From Edaphobacter sp. (lineage in GTDB: Bacteria; Acidobacteriota; Terriglobia; Terriglobales; Acidobacteriaceae), in assembly GCA_035566575.1 (NCBI GenBank), contig DATMQZ010000007.1, positions 102,433-166,432 of the forward strand: a stretch of DNA of 64,000 nt, in the 5' to 3' direction. The position numbers and the translations under genes were made by a program. Below, one piece after another: positions 9,797 to 19,949 of this stretch; within the stretch, counting starts at the first letter, position 1; each line of letters begins with the position of its first letter. The notes below the pieces were generated by a model. It was not told the origin of the DNA. It searched no databases and worked only from the letters and a program-made list of their open reading frames with translations.

Positions 9797-11179
9797 CTAC
9801 GTTTTAGGCGACGCAAGATCCAGCGGCTCCTCAGCCGTCACAGCCGACTCGCTCCCATATTTTTCATTCCATCCAGGAAGATTCTGCGAGCCGGTAATAA
9901 GGCGAGCGCCTTCACTAAAGGTGATGTAGGTCCAGGCCCATTGCAGGAAGATGGCGATACGATTTCGGAAACCTATGAGGAAGAAGACGTGGATGAAGAG
10001 CCACGTAATCCATGCGAAGACGCCGCTCAAGTGTCCTTTGAAAGGCCATTTGATGTTCGCGACGGCAGCCTTTCGTCCTATAGTAGCCATGTCTCCCTTA
10101 TCGAAATAGTGAAACGGAGCGTCGACGCCACTGCCATCGCTACCGAAATCGCGAGCGGTCAGCCGCGCAATGCGCTTCGCCGCATAAGTTCCCATCTGCA
10201 TCGCAGGCTGTGCAACACCAGGAAGCTGGCGCCCGTCCTCTTCCACATGGGCAAGATCGCCGCAGATAAAGATCTCCGGATGACCCGGAGGGTTCAGATA
10301 CTGATCGACGAACACGCAACCTCGCCGATCCGTTGGAAAGCCAAGCAGCTTGCCCAATGGTGAGGCCTGCACGCCAGCAGCCCAAAGCGTAACAGCAGCC
10401 TCGATTCGCTCATCGCCCACCACAACATAACCAGGCTGAACATCCGTCACATGAGCATTGGTGCGAACCTTGACCCCGAGAGCATTGAGCTGCTCCAACG
10501 CTTTCTGCTGAAGATCAGGGGGATAAGCGGCAAGTATGCTCGGCGAACCCTCAAAGATCTGCACCTCTGCCGTAGCTGGATCGATGTGGCGAAAATCTTT
10601 CGCCATATACAGCCGGGCGATATCGCTGATAGCTCCAGCAAGTTCAACCCCAGTAGGGCCACCACCAATAATGGCGAACTTCAACGGCGGATGAATTCCC
10701 GCCTCCTGCATCTGCCGCTCGGCAAGCTCAAAGGACAACAGCACGCGGCGTCGAATCTCGGTTGCATCCTCGACCGTTTTAAGACCCGGCGCAAGAGACG
10801 CCCAGTCATCACGACCGAAATAGGAGTGGGTCGACCCGGTAGCCACAACCAGATAGTCATATTCCAGCTGAGCGCCCGTCTTAACCTGAACGCGCCGCTG
10901 CTGCAAATCGAACCCAATCGCCTCATCCATCAGCACCTCTACGTTCGGGTAGTCACGGAGAATCGAGCGGATGGGTTGCGCAATCTCCGCCGGAGACAGC
11001 ACACCAAGGGCAACCTGGTAGAGAAGCGGCTGAAACGTATGGTGGTTTTTTCGATCCACAAGCGTGATATCCAGAGGAAGTTTCCCCAACTCCTGCGCCA
11101 CATTGATTCCGGCGAACCCTCCGCCAATCACAACCACACGTTTACGGAAGTTGGTACTGATCGTCGTAGCTACTGCCAT
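9797..11179 (-). CDS. ndh: Type II NADH dehydrogenase (NAD(P)/FAD-dependent oxidoreductase)
   Basis: GGGFAG, FQPLLYQVA, GGGPTGVELAG, WAAG, AQPAMQ, YFDKGDMATIGR. Confidence 0.93.
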   Translation of the reverse strand: MAVATTISTNFRKRVVVIGGGFAGINVAQELGKLPLDITLVDRKNHHTFQPLLYQVALGVLSPAEIAQPIRSILRDYPNVEVLMDEAIGFDLQQRRVQVKTGAQLEYDYLVVATGSTHSYFGRDDWASLAPGLKTVEDATEIRRRVLLSFELAERQMQEAGIHPPLKFAIIGGGPTGVELAGAISDIARLYMAKDFRHIDPATAEVQIFEGSPSILAAYPPDLQQKALEQLNALGVKVRTNAHVTDVQPGYVVVGDERIEAAVTLWAAGVQASPLGKLLGFPTDRRGCVFVDQYLNPPGHPEIFICGDLAHVEEDGRQLPGVAQPAMQMGTYAAKRIARLTARDFGSDGSGVDAPFHYFDKGDMATIGRKAAVANIKWPFKGHLSGVFAWITWLFIHVFFLIGFRNRIAIFLQWAWTYITFSEGARLITGSQNLPGWNEKYGSESAVTAEEPLDLASPKT

Positions 11180-11267
11180 CTCTCTGATCCCCGTTTCGCT
11201 CGTCCTGATTTTGATGCACCTACGAGAGGTTAGGTCACATTACCCGATTGCGAGCGCGAAGCCATCC

Positions 11268-14153
11268 TTACGGTTGCTGCTGAAGCGCCAGCGACACGAA
11301 GCCATTTGGGCCGGACGCAGCGGCTATACTCGTCACGCCCGGAACCCCTGCCATCTGCATCGGCACAATCGCAACAAGGCCATTCGCATCAGAGATCTCG
11401 CTTGTCGTGGATGTGCCATAGACCGCCGGAACTGGGCAACGTCCGTGATCGGGACACGGAGGTTGCCACGCATCGAGAGTTTGGTGAATCCCAACAAGCG
11501 CCCCCGCTACAGGATGCGATCCCGCATCGGTCACGCGAAGAACCACGGGAGCCAGCGTGCCGGTCGCTGAAATCGACTGGCCTTCCCCGCTCACGATCAC
11601 GATCTGCAACTGACCATCGTCGACACCGATTGCTGTAAAGCTGGTGCACGTAGCAATCCACGCGCAAGCTGTAATCGTGGCCTCTCCTCCCGCAGCCAGC
11701 GGCCCCGCCGTGGCCTGTGCCTGCGCAACACTTTGAGCATCCGTTGTTGAGACCGACGGTGTTACAAGCATCTGCCCGGACGCTCCACTCCAACTCACAG
11801 GAACCCCAATAGTCGAGGCAGAATTGTCAGTCAACGCCACCCGCGGGTTCCAGACGACGCTTGCCCCTGCTGCTACGTACTGCTCAGGATTGAGCGCGGT
11901 CACAGTGCGGACACGAGCCGCCGCGGTGAAAACATCAGTCTGTGTCCCCGCGGTACCCGTAGCAGCGAGCGCTACGTCGCCCGGAGCCTGCGGAATAACA
12001 GTAATGGAAGCGATGCCATTTACATCAGTCAGAACGCTGCAGGTGGCCGCCGCGCAAGCTCCGAAGATCGCATCCGCACCTGTGGTCGTAAAGGCGATGC
12101 TCTGATTCACCAGAGGAGTTACTCCGTCAGCTGCAATCGCTTGCACGGTAAAGGGAGCCGTATCGCCAATAAAGACGGTTCCACGCGGCGCAGCCCTAGT
12201 GTTCAGCGTGGGCACAGGAGCGGCATAGGAAAGAGCGCTGGTCATCACCGTCGTTCCTCCACTGGCAAGGTCTTTCACGGTTACATCGGCGACGAGCGCA
12301 GTACCGACGCCCATACTGTGAAGGGACGGCACAGTGGCCACGATGGTATTCGCCGTCCAACACGAAACTGCTGCCGAAACCCCGTTGACCGTTACAGCAT
12401 TACCCGCGCGGAAGCCCATGCCTGTAATCGTGACCACGCCTCCGGTCGCCGGAACTATCGTATCGGCATACAGAACCCTGGCCTGATACGCATAATCCGG
12501 TCGTCCATCACCACGCTGATCAGCAATCGCAATTCGTAACTGTTGCGGTTGCGTACTCGGGGCGGTCAGCGTAGTCATGCCCGTAGAGGCGCTGTTGAAC
12601 GCGCCAGGCGTGGCCGCGACAGTCGGAAGCGTTCCCGTTGCATCAGTCGACTTCCAAAGCCCTATAACGGGCATCATCTTGGCCGAGGTGGCAAAAGATT
12701 GTTCGTCCAGTGCGGTCACCTCGACACTCAGCGTGCGGTTTGCCTTGACAGAAATAGCAGACCACGCCGTATGGCCATACGAACAGAGATTGCCGGTCCA
12801 CCATCCTTGCAGCGAGACCGCTGCCGGAGCCGACTCAGTTCCGTCCTGCGTTATCTGGCAACCCGTGGCCGCGTCGCTGATAGAGAAATTAGCAGTCGCG
12901 TCTGCGTAGGTGCCCATGACGTAGAGCATCTGCTGCGCCGTCGCCCCAGAGGGTTTAACAACGTTGGTGTCGTAAGGTCCAACTGCGTATTGCCCTACGT
13001 AAAGAGGATTGATGGCTTGTGTAGAGATGACGAGATTCTGCCAGGGCTCCCAGTCATACAGCGGCGTTCGGAATATCTGGTAGTAACCCTCATAGCTTGG
13101 GTTGGGTGTCCCCATATTGGTCTTCGCTGAAGACACAATGCCATTTACGGGATTTGCACTGTGGCGACGGAAGAGATAGCCCGAAACACCCGAGGTCGAC
13201 TCCCATGCTTCAGGGGTGCTCCAGGACGGTTCCAGACGATGTATCACCACATTGACCCCCTGCATCCCCTGGCCGTTGGGAAAGCTAATCGTGCCTCTGA
13301 CCAACCCTCCGCGAGCTAGCGTATCGGTCTTTCCCGGAGCAGGCGGATCGAATCTCGAGACCGGATACAACAGCACAAGACCAGAGATATCGTCGTCTCG
13401 CAGAGTGAAAGGCTGCGGCATGCACTGATAAGTGTAAGGTCCACAGATGATGTCGATCGGATGCATGATCGGCCAGTAAAGCGCCTGGTTGTAAGTAGGT
13501 GTGGGATTGCCGGTGAAAACATTGTCATTAGTTTGCGACCAACCCATGCCGACGATTCGGCCGAACGCTCGCATCAGTTGGTATTGCAGTTGAAGCTGTT
13601 GCTCTGGAGCCGGTCCGGTACAGCGCCCATTCAAAACGAGAATGGCATGTTGAATTTTGCCGGAGGTGGAGATCGAGTCCGCGCTCTCGGTAACAGCGTT
13701 CTGGCGGCAACCCGACGGATCGCTCGCGCCCTGCCCCAGCATCATATCCGTGATCGCGCCGTCCGAATCGTAGAGCACGGCAATCTGTTTGTTCAGGTAA
13801 TTCGCGCTTTGCACGTCCGAGGGAAAAACCAGTCCAGTGCTGGTTGGATAAACATTGGCCGCGCTCGCATGTTCGTCGAGCGTCCCGCCCCTGAGCAGGT
13901 TTAGCCGCGAGACAAGAATGGTCCAGACGCCTGCCGCAGCGTCGACAATCGCATCCGCTTGAGCGTGGTTAACATAGGCACTCAAATCGCCCGAGTCGGT
14001 AAAGTATTGCGGGCTATCCGTGTACCAGACAATGGGGATCCCCTCTGGATAGTAGTAAGGCTGTCCCGTCACCCAGCGCGGCCCGCTGCCCGCCGCGTCA
14101 GTCGCAATCGCCACAACCATTAGCGCCAGCCCACGAAGAAATCTACTTGGCAT
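11268..14153 (-). CDS. Secreted protein: degenerate metzincin-like domain plus IPT/TIG and Ig-like repeats
   Basis: Signal peptide; RAFGRIVGMGWS...PIMHP...LRDDDISGLVLLYP; IPT motif GGVVTITGMGF...WTANTIVATVP. Confidence 0.8.
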   Translation of the reverse strand: MPSRFLRGLALMVVAIATDAAGSGPRWVTGQPYYYPEGIPIVWYTDSPQYFTDSGDLSAYVNHAQADAIVDAAAGVWTILVSRLNLLRGGTLDEHASAANVYPTSTGLVFPSDVQSANYLNKQIAVLYDSDGAITDMMLGQGASDPSGCRQNAVTESADSISTSGKIQHAILVLNGRCTGPAPEQQLQLQYQLMRAFGRIVGMGWSQTNDNVFTGNPTPTYNQALYWPIMHPIDIICGPYTYQCMPQPFTLRDDDISGLVLLYPVSRFDPPAPGKTDTLARGGLVRGTISFPNGQGMQGVNVVIHRLEPSWSTPEAWESTSGVSGYLFRRHSANPVNGIVSSAKTNMGTPNPSYEGYYQIFRTPLYDWEPWQNLVISTQAINPLYVGQYAVGPYDTNVVKPSGATAQQMLYVMGTYADATANFSISDAATGCQITQDGTESAPAAVSLQGWWTGNLCSYGHTAWSAISVKANRTLSVEVTALDEQSFATSAKMMPVIGLWKSTDATGTLPTVAATPGAFNSASTGMTTLTAPSTQPQQLRIAIADQRGDGRPDYAYQARVLYADTIVPATGGVVTITGMGFRAGNAVTVNGVSAAVSCWTANTIVATVPSLHSMGVGTALVADVTVKDLASGGTTVMTSALSYAAPVPTLNTRAAPRGTVFIGDTAPFTVQAIAADGVTPLVNQSIAFTTTGADAIFGACAAATCSVLTDVNGIASITVIPQAPGDVALAATGTAGTQTDVFTAAARVRTVTALNPEQYVAAGASVVWNPRVALTDNSASTIGVPVSWSGASGQMLVTPSVSTTDAQSVAQAQATAGPLAAGGEATITACAWIATCTSFTAIGVDDGQLQIVIVSGEGQSISATGTLAPVVLRVTDAGSHPVAGALVGIHQTLDAWQPPCPDHGRCPVPAVYGTSTTSEISDANGLVAIVPMQMAGVPGVTSIAAASGPNGFVSLALQQQP

Positions 14154-14808
14154 CTTTCTTCCGCCACGAAGCCAACATGTTCACCACAACGCTGACAGAC
14201 GCTTGCTGCGCCGCTGTAGAGGTTTCACTTCCTGCCGTATCTACGCCAATCGCTTTAGGTACATCAGTTGCGCTTACCAGCGGCTCGGAAGCGTCGCGAT
14301 ACGCCACCGCGCGCTGCAATCGCGTCCCAACCCAGCAAAGATCCGCTACAGGCGAGGGCATCGACGATGCAGTTGCCGTTGCCGTCAACGAGGTGGCCGA
14401 GCCACGAATCGGGATAGCTCCCGCCATACCTCCCACCGGCGAGGTAACGCCACCGGCTCCGGGACTGTGAAGCAGCATAAGAAGACGCTGTCCGACACGG
14501 TAGCGTTGATCGCTGCCAGACCACAGGCCAGCCCATTCGCGCAGCACATACGATCCACCCGTAACGCCACCGCGCACCGCCTGATCGACGCGAAACTCTA
14601 CTTCGACCACACCGGAGGCGCCGCCTTCACCAGCAATGTGGCGAATCGCAACAACCTCGCCAACAAAGACAACTCCAGCCTGATCCGACATCCGATGCAG
14701 TGCATCTTCGACCGTGGTATCGGCAGCCGTCGAATCTTGTCCATGGGCAACCGGCACAAGCAGCAAAGCAAATGCCATGTAGTGTCCGATCCATCGAATG
14801 TTAGTCAT
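14143..14808 (-). CDS. Secreted hypothetical protein with TIMP/NTR-like pattern; overlaps the downstream gene by 11 bp
   Basis: Signal peptide; AGVVFVGEVVAI...VEFRVDQAVRG...YRVGQRLLMLL. Confidence 0.75.
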   Translation of the reverse strand: MTNIRWIGHYMAFALLLVPVAHGQDSTAADTTVEDALHRMSDQAGVVFVGEVVAIRHIAGEGGASGVVEVEFRVDQAVRGGVTGGSYVLREWAGLWSGSDQRYRVGQRLLMLLHSPGAGGVTSPVGGMAGAIPIRGSATSLTATATASSMPSPVADLCWVGTRLQRAVAYRDASEPLVSATDVPKAIGVDTAGSETSTAAQQASVSVVVNMLASWRKKDAK

Positions 14809-14898
14809 AGCTGCGTCTCTGTCTCTACTCCTTCTTCGTCAGCAGAAGGAGGGAACAGCGCAGGTAGTAGATCGAGGGCGCAACCAAAGGTCACGTTA

Positions 14899-15160
14899 CA
14901 AAAGGACTGTCTTTGTCTTTCGGGTGAGAGCACATGGCTTTAGGGTGCTGAAAAAGGACTGCCTTTGTTCTTCGGTGGGAGCGCAGGGCTTTAGCCCTGC
15001 GAAAAACCGTTGCGAATAAAAGGGGCTCTAACCCCGGGCTTCTCTTCATTTCCCGTAATCAGGCTTTTTCAGTACCTCTTCAGAGCCAGTCCTGAGCGAA
15101 GCCGAAGGATGCCGTAAACATTGCGTGTTGAATGCGCCTTTATCCACTGACGTACGCTTC
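14899..15160. repeat. Nested REP/REPIN-like (MITE-like) cluster
   Basis: Inverted ends AGGGTGCTGAAAAAG (14942-14956) and CTTTTTCAGTACCTCT (15064-15079); hairpin GCAGGGCTTTAGCCCTGC; ~45-bp imperfect tandem repeat (14899-14943 vs 14951-14994); GTCCTGAGCGAAGCCGAAGGA unit. Confidence 0.7.
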
Positions 15161-15181
15161 CGCTGCGCTAAAGGCACCCTG

Positions 15182-15382
15182 CTAGATCTCCGGATAAAAG
15201 TCGAAAAAAGCGTCTAGGCTCATGCGCAACTGGGCTTCAATCTCTTCCCGGCTTCCTTCAAGAACGTGCATCGTAACCCGCGCCTTATTTCCATTCTTAA
15301 GAGCGATCGGAGCATCGCCCACCTCTGCCACCTCATCTGCCGGCAGCAGCCTCATCCCATAAACCAACGTCAAATTTGCCAT
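15182..15382 (-). CDS. Small hypothetical protein (66 aa)
   Basis: MANLTLVYG...FFDFYPEI; -10-like GACAAT 6 nt upstream. The longer ORF call runs into REP hairpins. Confidence 0.7.
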   Translation of the reverse strand: MANLTLVYGMRLLPADEVAEVGDAPIALKNGNKARVTMHVLEGSREEIEAQLRMSLDAFFDFYPEI

Positions 15383-15414
15383 AAGCCAATTGTCCCACCA
15401 ACCCGCGTTGTTCT

Positions 15415-15517
15415 CCCACCCACCTTCGCGTCTTTTGCGAAGGGTGGGGTATTCGCCGGGTGCCCCACTCATGCGGTTTTATCGCATGAGTGGGTATTCG
15501 CGTTACGCGCGAACCGC
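15415..15517. repeat. Two REP-like hairpins (GGGTGCCCCA family)
   Basis: CCCACCTTCGC-loop-GCGAAGGGTGGG and GGGTGCCCCACTCATGCG-loop-CGCATGAGTGGG-TATTCGCG..CGCGAACCGC. Confidence 0.75.
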
Positions 15518-15528
15518 ACTAAGCTTCT

Positions 15529-16374
15529 TCACTTCGCCACCATCTCCGCACTAAGCCGAACAGCCCCACTCCCCACCATCATGCTCCGTGTCCAATCCTG
15601 ATAACCGGCCTTCTTCACCACAATCTCATGCTTTCCCGGAGCGAGATTCAGCGACGAAGGCGTACTCCCCACAAAATTCCCATCCACCTCGATATCACAG
15701 TTCGGCACACTTGATTCTATAGTCAGCCCCTGCGCAGGAGATGTCGCCACAACCGGAGTACCCGAAGCCACAGGCGCAAACTTCGCCATATCGAGCTTCA
15801 TATCTCCCGACACAAACGCTGTAACCTCCGTCCCTTTCGGTATCGTGATGTCCTTACCATGAATAAACAACAGTAGTGGAGCTGCGGGAAAGAACACGAT
15901 TGCCGTGCCGACCATTCCAGCCGTCATCGCACCGGTATGTCCGCCGCCCTTCGCATTCTGAGTAGCGCTTAGCGCAGCCTTCTCCCCATCGATCAGCCTA
16001 ACGCTGTCGATATTCACATCCAGCTTTCCACCTCGGCCCATGCTTTTCTTCGGTTCCGCCGTAGTCACTGTCGCCAGCGCTTGCGCGCCCTTCGCAATCA
16101 CCGGAACCCCCTGAACATCGACCTCGTCCAGCACCTCGAACGAAACCTGCTGCCCCGCTTTAGCCGTCGCAGAGGTCAGGTTCTCAGCCAATCGTAGTTT
16201 GATCGCTGTCCCATCCTGCAGCGTATTAGGTGGCGGCGGTACGCTCGCAGCCTGGGCCGCAACAGGAGCAGCTGCCGGAACCACCGGAGCCTTTTCATTC
16301 TGTCCAAAGGCACTATCGCCCAATGCAAAAAGCGCAACAAGACACAACGCCAGCAAACGACGCATGTTAGTCAA
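15529..16374 (-). CDS. PEGA-domain secreted protein
   Basis: Signal peptide; C-terminal IESSVPNCDIEVDGNFVGSTP...GKHEIVVKKAGYQDW. Confidence 0.85.
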   Translation of the reverse strand: MTNMRRLLALCLVALFALGDSAFGQNEKAPVVPAAAPVAAQAASVPPPPNTLQDGTAIKLRLAENLTSATAKAGQQVSFEVLDEVDVQGVPVIAKGAQALATVTTAEPKKSMGRGGKLDVNIDSVRLIDGEKAALSATQNAKGGGHTGAMTAGMVGTAIVFFPAAPLLLFIHGKDITIPKGTEVTAFVSGDMKLDMAKFAPVASGTPVVATSPAQGLTIESSVPNCDIEVDGNFVGSTPSSLNLAPGKHEIVVKKAGYQDWTRSMMVGSGAVRLSAEMVAK

Positions 16375-16488
16375 CCTGTTTTCTGTAAGTTAGAATCAAT
16401 CAAGAAGCTACGCGAGAAATTGTAACCAGACAAGAACAAATGTCTGAGCTGTAACCGAATCAGCTGTACTACCAGCTAACTCCTACGC

Positions 16489-16959
16489 TTACACCCGAGC
16501 CAGCATCTCCCTCACCGTCAACCCAAGCACCGGATGCACCATCTCCGGAGCAATCTCCGCCAGCGGCTCCAGCACAAACCGACGTTCCGTCATCTCCGGA
16601 TGCGGCAGCGTCAACTCTGTCGTGTTCATTACCGCCTGCCCATACAGCAGCAGATCCAGATCGATCACCCGAGGCCCCTTGGCCACCGCCCCCGACCGTT
16701 CCCGTCCCATCCTCCGCTCAATCTCAAGCAAAGAACGCATCAACTCCACCGGCTCCAGCGAAGTCTTCAGCAGTACCGCAGCATTTAGAAATCTCGGCTG
16801 CTCCACATATCCCACCGGCTCCGTGTCGTAAACCGATGAGACCGCCTTCACCTCGCCCAGTTCCCGGATGCGCTCGACCGCTTCCCACACGTTCGCCCTT
16901 CGGTCGCCAAACCGTGACTCCAGGTTCGACCCCAACCCAATCGCGGCGAGTTTCTTCAC
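16489..16959 (-). CDS. folK: 2-amino-4-hydroxy-6-hydroxymethyldihydropteridine diphosphokinase
   Basis: GLGSN, FLNA, GPRVIDLDLL, LPHP, RRFVLEPL. Confidence 0.96.
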   Translation of the reverse strand: MKKLAAIGLGSNLESRFGDRRANVWEAVERIRELGEVKAVSSVYDTEPVGYVEQPRFLNAAVLLKTSLEPVELMRSLLEIERRMGRERSGAVAKGPRVIDLDLLLYGQAVMNTTELTLPHPEMTERRFVLEPLAEIAPEMVHPVLGLTVREMLARV

Positions 16960-17058
16960 CCTCGCACCGCGAACGAGGGGTGCAAATTAGCCATACAAAT
17001 CACCACAAGATGTCCACCATTTTCAGACTTAATACCACGTCTTGCACTACGAAAATGA

Positions 17059-17973
17059 CTAAGCGTGAACAGGCTGCAGTCTCGCCCTCACCCTCTCCGG
17101 CTCAACCACTTCATCATACCCATGCGCCAGCTCCCACGCTGAGCGATCACGCATAAGTCGTTGCACTAGAGCAGTATGCATCGCATGACCTGCCCTCTCG
17201 GCCACCACCCGGCCCTGTATCCGACGCCCCGCCAACGCCAGATCCCCAATTAAATCCAAAACCTTGTGCCGCACAAACTCATCACTAAACCGAAGTGGCC
17301 CATTTTCAACACCTTGCCGCGAAACAATGATGGCGCTCGCGTCGGAAACCCCACGAATCAGCCCCATATTCCGCAACATAGCCTCATCTTCCTTAAACCC
17401 AAACGTCCGCGCCGGAGCAATCAACCTCACATAATCCCCGGTTGCTAGATCTCCCGTAAATGTCTCATAACCAATAGGTTGTGGGAAGTCGATGGTGTAC
17501 TGGATCCCGTAACCCGATCCTGGGTAAACCCCAATAAACTTGGACCCATCACGGACCTCGACATCCTTCAAAATTTTTATGTATTCCCGCCGCCGCCGTT
17601 GCTGCTTAAGCCCCACAGAATGAAAGGTTTGCACATAAGGCAAAGCACTCCCATCCAGAATTGGAACCTCCAGATTATCCATCTCAACGATGACGTTATC
17701 CACCCCAAACCCAATCAAAGCTGAAAGCAGATGTTCCGTGGTCGAGATCAACACACTACCGCGCATCAGGCTCGTCGCATAGCTTACCTTCGCGACGTTT
17801 CGTCCATTAGCAGCAATCTCAAAGTTGTCTAAGTCTGTGCGTCTAAAGACGATACCGGATCCGGCTGGCGCCGGAACCAAGCGCATCGAAACCGGGGCTC
17901 CACTATGTAGACCCACACCGGAAAACTCAATCTCCGACCGAATTGTCCGTTCAAAGTGGGCTTCCAATGCCAC
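17059..17973 (-). CDS. lpxC: UDP-3-O-acyl-N-acetylglucosamine deacetylase
   Basis: GVGLHSG, TEHLLSAL, PILDGSA, ARTFGF, HKVLDLIGDL. Confidence 0.97.
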   Translation of the reverse strand: MALEAHFERTIRSEIEFSGVGLHSGAPVSMRLVPAPAGSGIVFRRTDLDNFEIAANGRNVAKVSYATSLMRGSVLISTTEHLLSALIGFGVDNVIVEMDNLEVPILDGSALPYVQTFHSVGLKQQRRRREYIKILKDVEVRDGSKFIGVYPGSGYGIQYTIDFPQPIGYETFTGDLATGDYVRLIAPARTFGFKEDEAMLRNMGLIRGVSDASAIIVSRQGVENGPLRFSDEFVRHKVLDLIGDLALAGRRIQGRVVAERAGHAMHTALVQRLMRDRSAWELAHGYDEVVEPERVRARLQPVHA

Positions 17974-18125
17974 GAATCGATGTCTCCTGCAAATCCATTC
18001 TTAAGCTTACATTCCGACTTATCCCTGTCGATGTGGCAAAATTACCACACTTTGTCGCCTTGATTCCCCGCCAAGCCAGTCTTAATCTATGCCAATAAGC
18101 CATTTACCTGCTATAACATGCATCC

Positions 18126-19262
18126 ATGGATCCCCAAACCATTCTCCGTAGTGTTAAAACCAGAAGCGAATGGATACGCACGACCCTTCGTGAACTTGTC
18201 CTTCAGGAATCGCCAAGTGAAGATAAGGCAGCAGTTAATGCAGCCATGGCCATTGCCGAGCGACACGCCGTCTCACTCGGCGGGCGTGTTCGGCGGCATA
18301 GGCAGAAAGTTTTCGGCGATGTGTTGGAATTACGGTTCGGTCCGCAGAACCTGGCTCGTAAGCCGTTGGTTTTATTGGGACATCTGGACACTGTGTGGCC
18401 GATTGGGACGCTCACGGGAATGCCTTGGCGGGAGGAAAAAGGACGGTATTGGGGGCCGGGTGTTCTCGATATGAAGGCTGGGGTTGTCATGGCCTTGGCG
18501 GCCGTAAGTACCTTACGGGAGTTGAAGTTAGCTCGCCCTGTCACTCTCCTTATTAACAGTGAGGAGGAGGTGGGGAGTCCGGTTTCGCGGGGGATTACGG
18601 AGAAGTTGGCGTTGGAGTCGGAGGCAGTTTTTGTATTGGAGCCAGCGCAGGGGCTTGCTTATAAGACCGCTCGGAAGGGCGTTGGCTTTTATAATGTGCA
18701 GGTTACGGGAGTGGGAGCGCACAGTGGGGTGGACTTTGAGCGTGGTCATTCTGCGGTTCTGGAGCTGGCAAAACTGGTCCAAACCATGTCGAACTTTACC
18801 AATTTAGAGCGTTCGCTGACGGTAAATTGTGGTGTTGTTGCAGGTGGAACGCGGTCAAATGTCATCGCTTCCGAGGCCCATGCCGAGGTCGACGTCCGTA
18901 TCGCGAAGGCGAGCGATGCTGCTTATGTGGAAAAGCTCTTTCGCGGTCTCAGGGTCTCGGACCCGCACTGCAAACTCGAGATCACGGGCGGCATCAACCG
19001 GCCTCCGATGGAGCGCAAGGCTGGAACGATCGCTCTCTTCAAGAAGGCGCGGAAGCTCGCCGCCGAGATTGGGTTTGAACTCGACGAGGCTTCGACGGGT
19101 GGCGGCTCCGATGGGAACTTCACCGCAGCGCTTGGAGTTCCTACGCTCGATGGCATGGGAGCCGTCGGTGAAGGTGCTCATGCGGCGCACGAGTCGGTTG
19201 TGATCGAGCATCTCGTTCCGCGCACGGCGCTGCTGGCTGCGATGATCGCGAGCGTTGACTAG
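18126..19262 (+). CDS. M20-family metallopeptidase (glutamate carboxypeptidase-like)
   Basis: GHLDTV, GPGVLDMKAG, EEEVGS, GGGSDGN, GAHAAHE. Confidence 0.92.
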   Translation: MDPQTILRSVKTRSEWIRTTLRELVLQESPSEDKAAVNAAMAIAERHAVSLGGRVRRHRQKVFGDVLELRFGPQNLARKPLVLLGHLDTVWPIGTLTGMPWREEKGRYWGPGVLDMKAGVVMALAAVSTLRELKLARPVTLLINSEEEVGSPVSRGITEKLALESEAVFVLEPAQGLAYKTARKGVGFYNVQVTGVGAHSGVDFERGHSAVLELAKLVQTMSNFTNLERSLTVNCGVVAGGTRSNVIASEAHAEVDVRIAKASDAAYVEKLFRGLRVSDPHCKLEITGGINRPPMERKAGTIALFKKARKLAAEIGFELDEASTGGGSDGNFTAALGVPTLDGMGAVGEGAHAAHESVVIEHLVPRTALLAAMIASVD

Positions 19263-19266
19263 TGAG

Positions 19267-19851
19267 TCAGCCTAGTCTGGCGCGAGCTTCGTCGAGCAGC
19301 GCGATGGTGCGGGCGATGGGCAATCCGACGACGTTGAAGTAACAGCCCTCGATGCGTGGAATCCATCGTGCCGCGTAGCCCTGAATGGCATAGGCGCCAG
19401 CCTTGTCGAGCGGTTCGCCGCTGCTGACATACTTTGCAATCTCAACGTCGTTGAGGAACGTGAATGTAACCTGCGTGACCTCGACATCGCTGACGATCTT
19501 GCCTCGGCTTGCAGCGGCGATGCCGGTGAGGACGGCGTGCGTCCGCCCGCTGAGAAGCTGCAACATGCGGCGGGCATCTTCGGCGCTGGTGGGCTTGCCT
19601 AGAATGTTGCCATCGCTTACGACACAGGTGTCGGCGCCCAGAACGATAAGCGGATCATCCTGCGTATCGAGCGCGCGCTGAAGGTTCCACACCGCCTGCG
19701 CCTTTTCTTCCGCGAGGCGCTGGACGTAGGCGGCAGCGATCTCATGCTCCTGACGGTCTTCGTTGATATCCGATGACTCGACCGTGAAGACAAGGCCAGC
19801 TTGTGTGAGCAGTTCGCGACGACGAGGGGAGGCGGAAGCAAGAATGAGCAT
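19267..19851 (-). CDS. maf: Maf/YhdE-type nucleoside triphosphate pyrophosphatase
   Basis: MLILASASPRRRELL, GADT, ILGKP, DKAGAYAIQG, NVVGLP. Confidence 0.95.
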   Translation of the reverse strand: MLILASASPRRRELLTQAGLVFTVESSDINEDRQEHEIAAAYVQRLAEEKAQAVWNLQRALDTQDDPLIVLGADTCVVSDGNILGKPTSAEDARRMLQLLSGRTHAVLTGIAAASRGKIVSDVEVTQVTFTFLNDVEIAKYVSSGEPLDKAGAYAIQGYAARWIPRIEGCYFNVVGLPIARTIALLDEARARLG

Positions 19852-19949
19852 TGCAGGTTGAGAGTATCGGCTTGGGCTGTTTCGAAGCAAGGAAGAACAA
19901 TTGCTTCGAACGCTGTTCCTACAACATCTGAAGACGTAGAGGCTCACTC

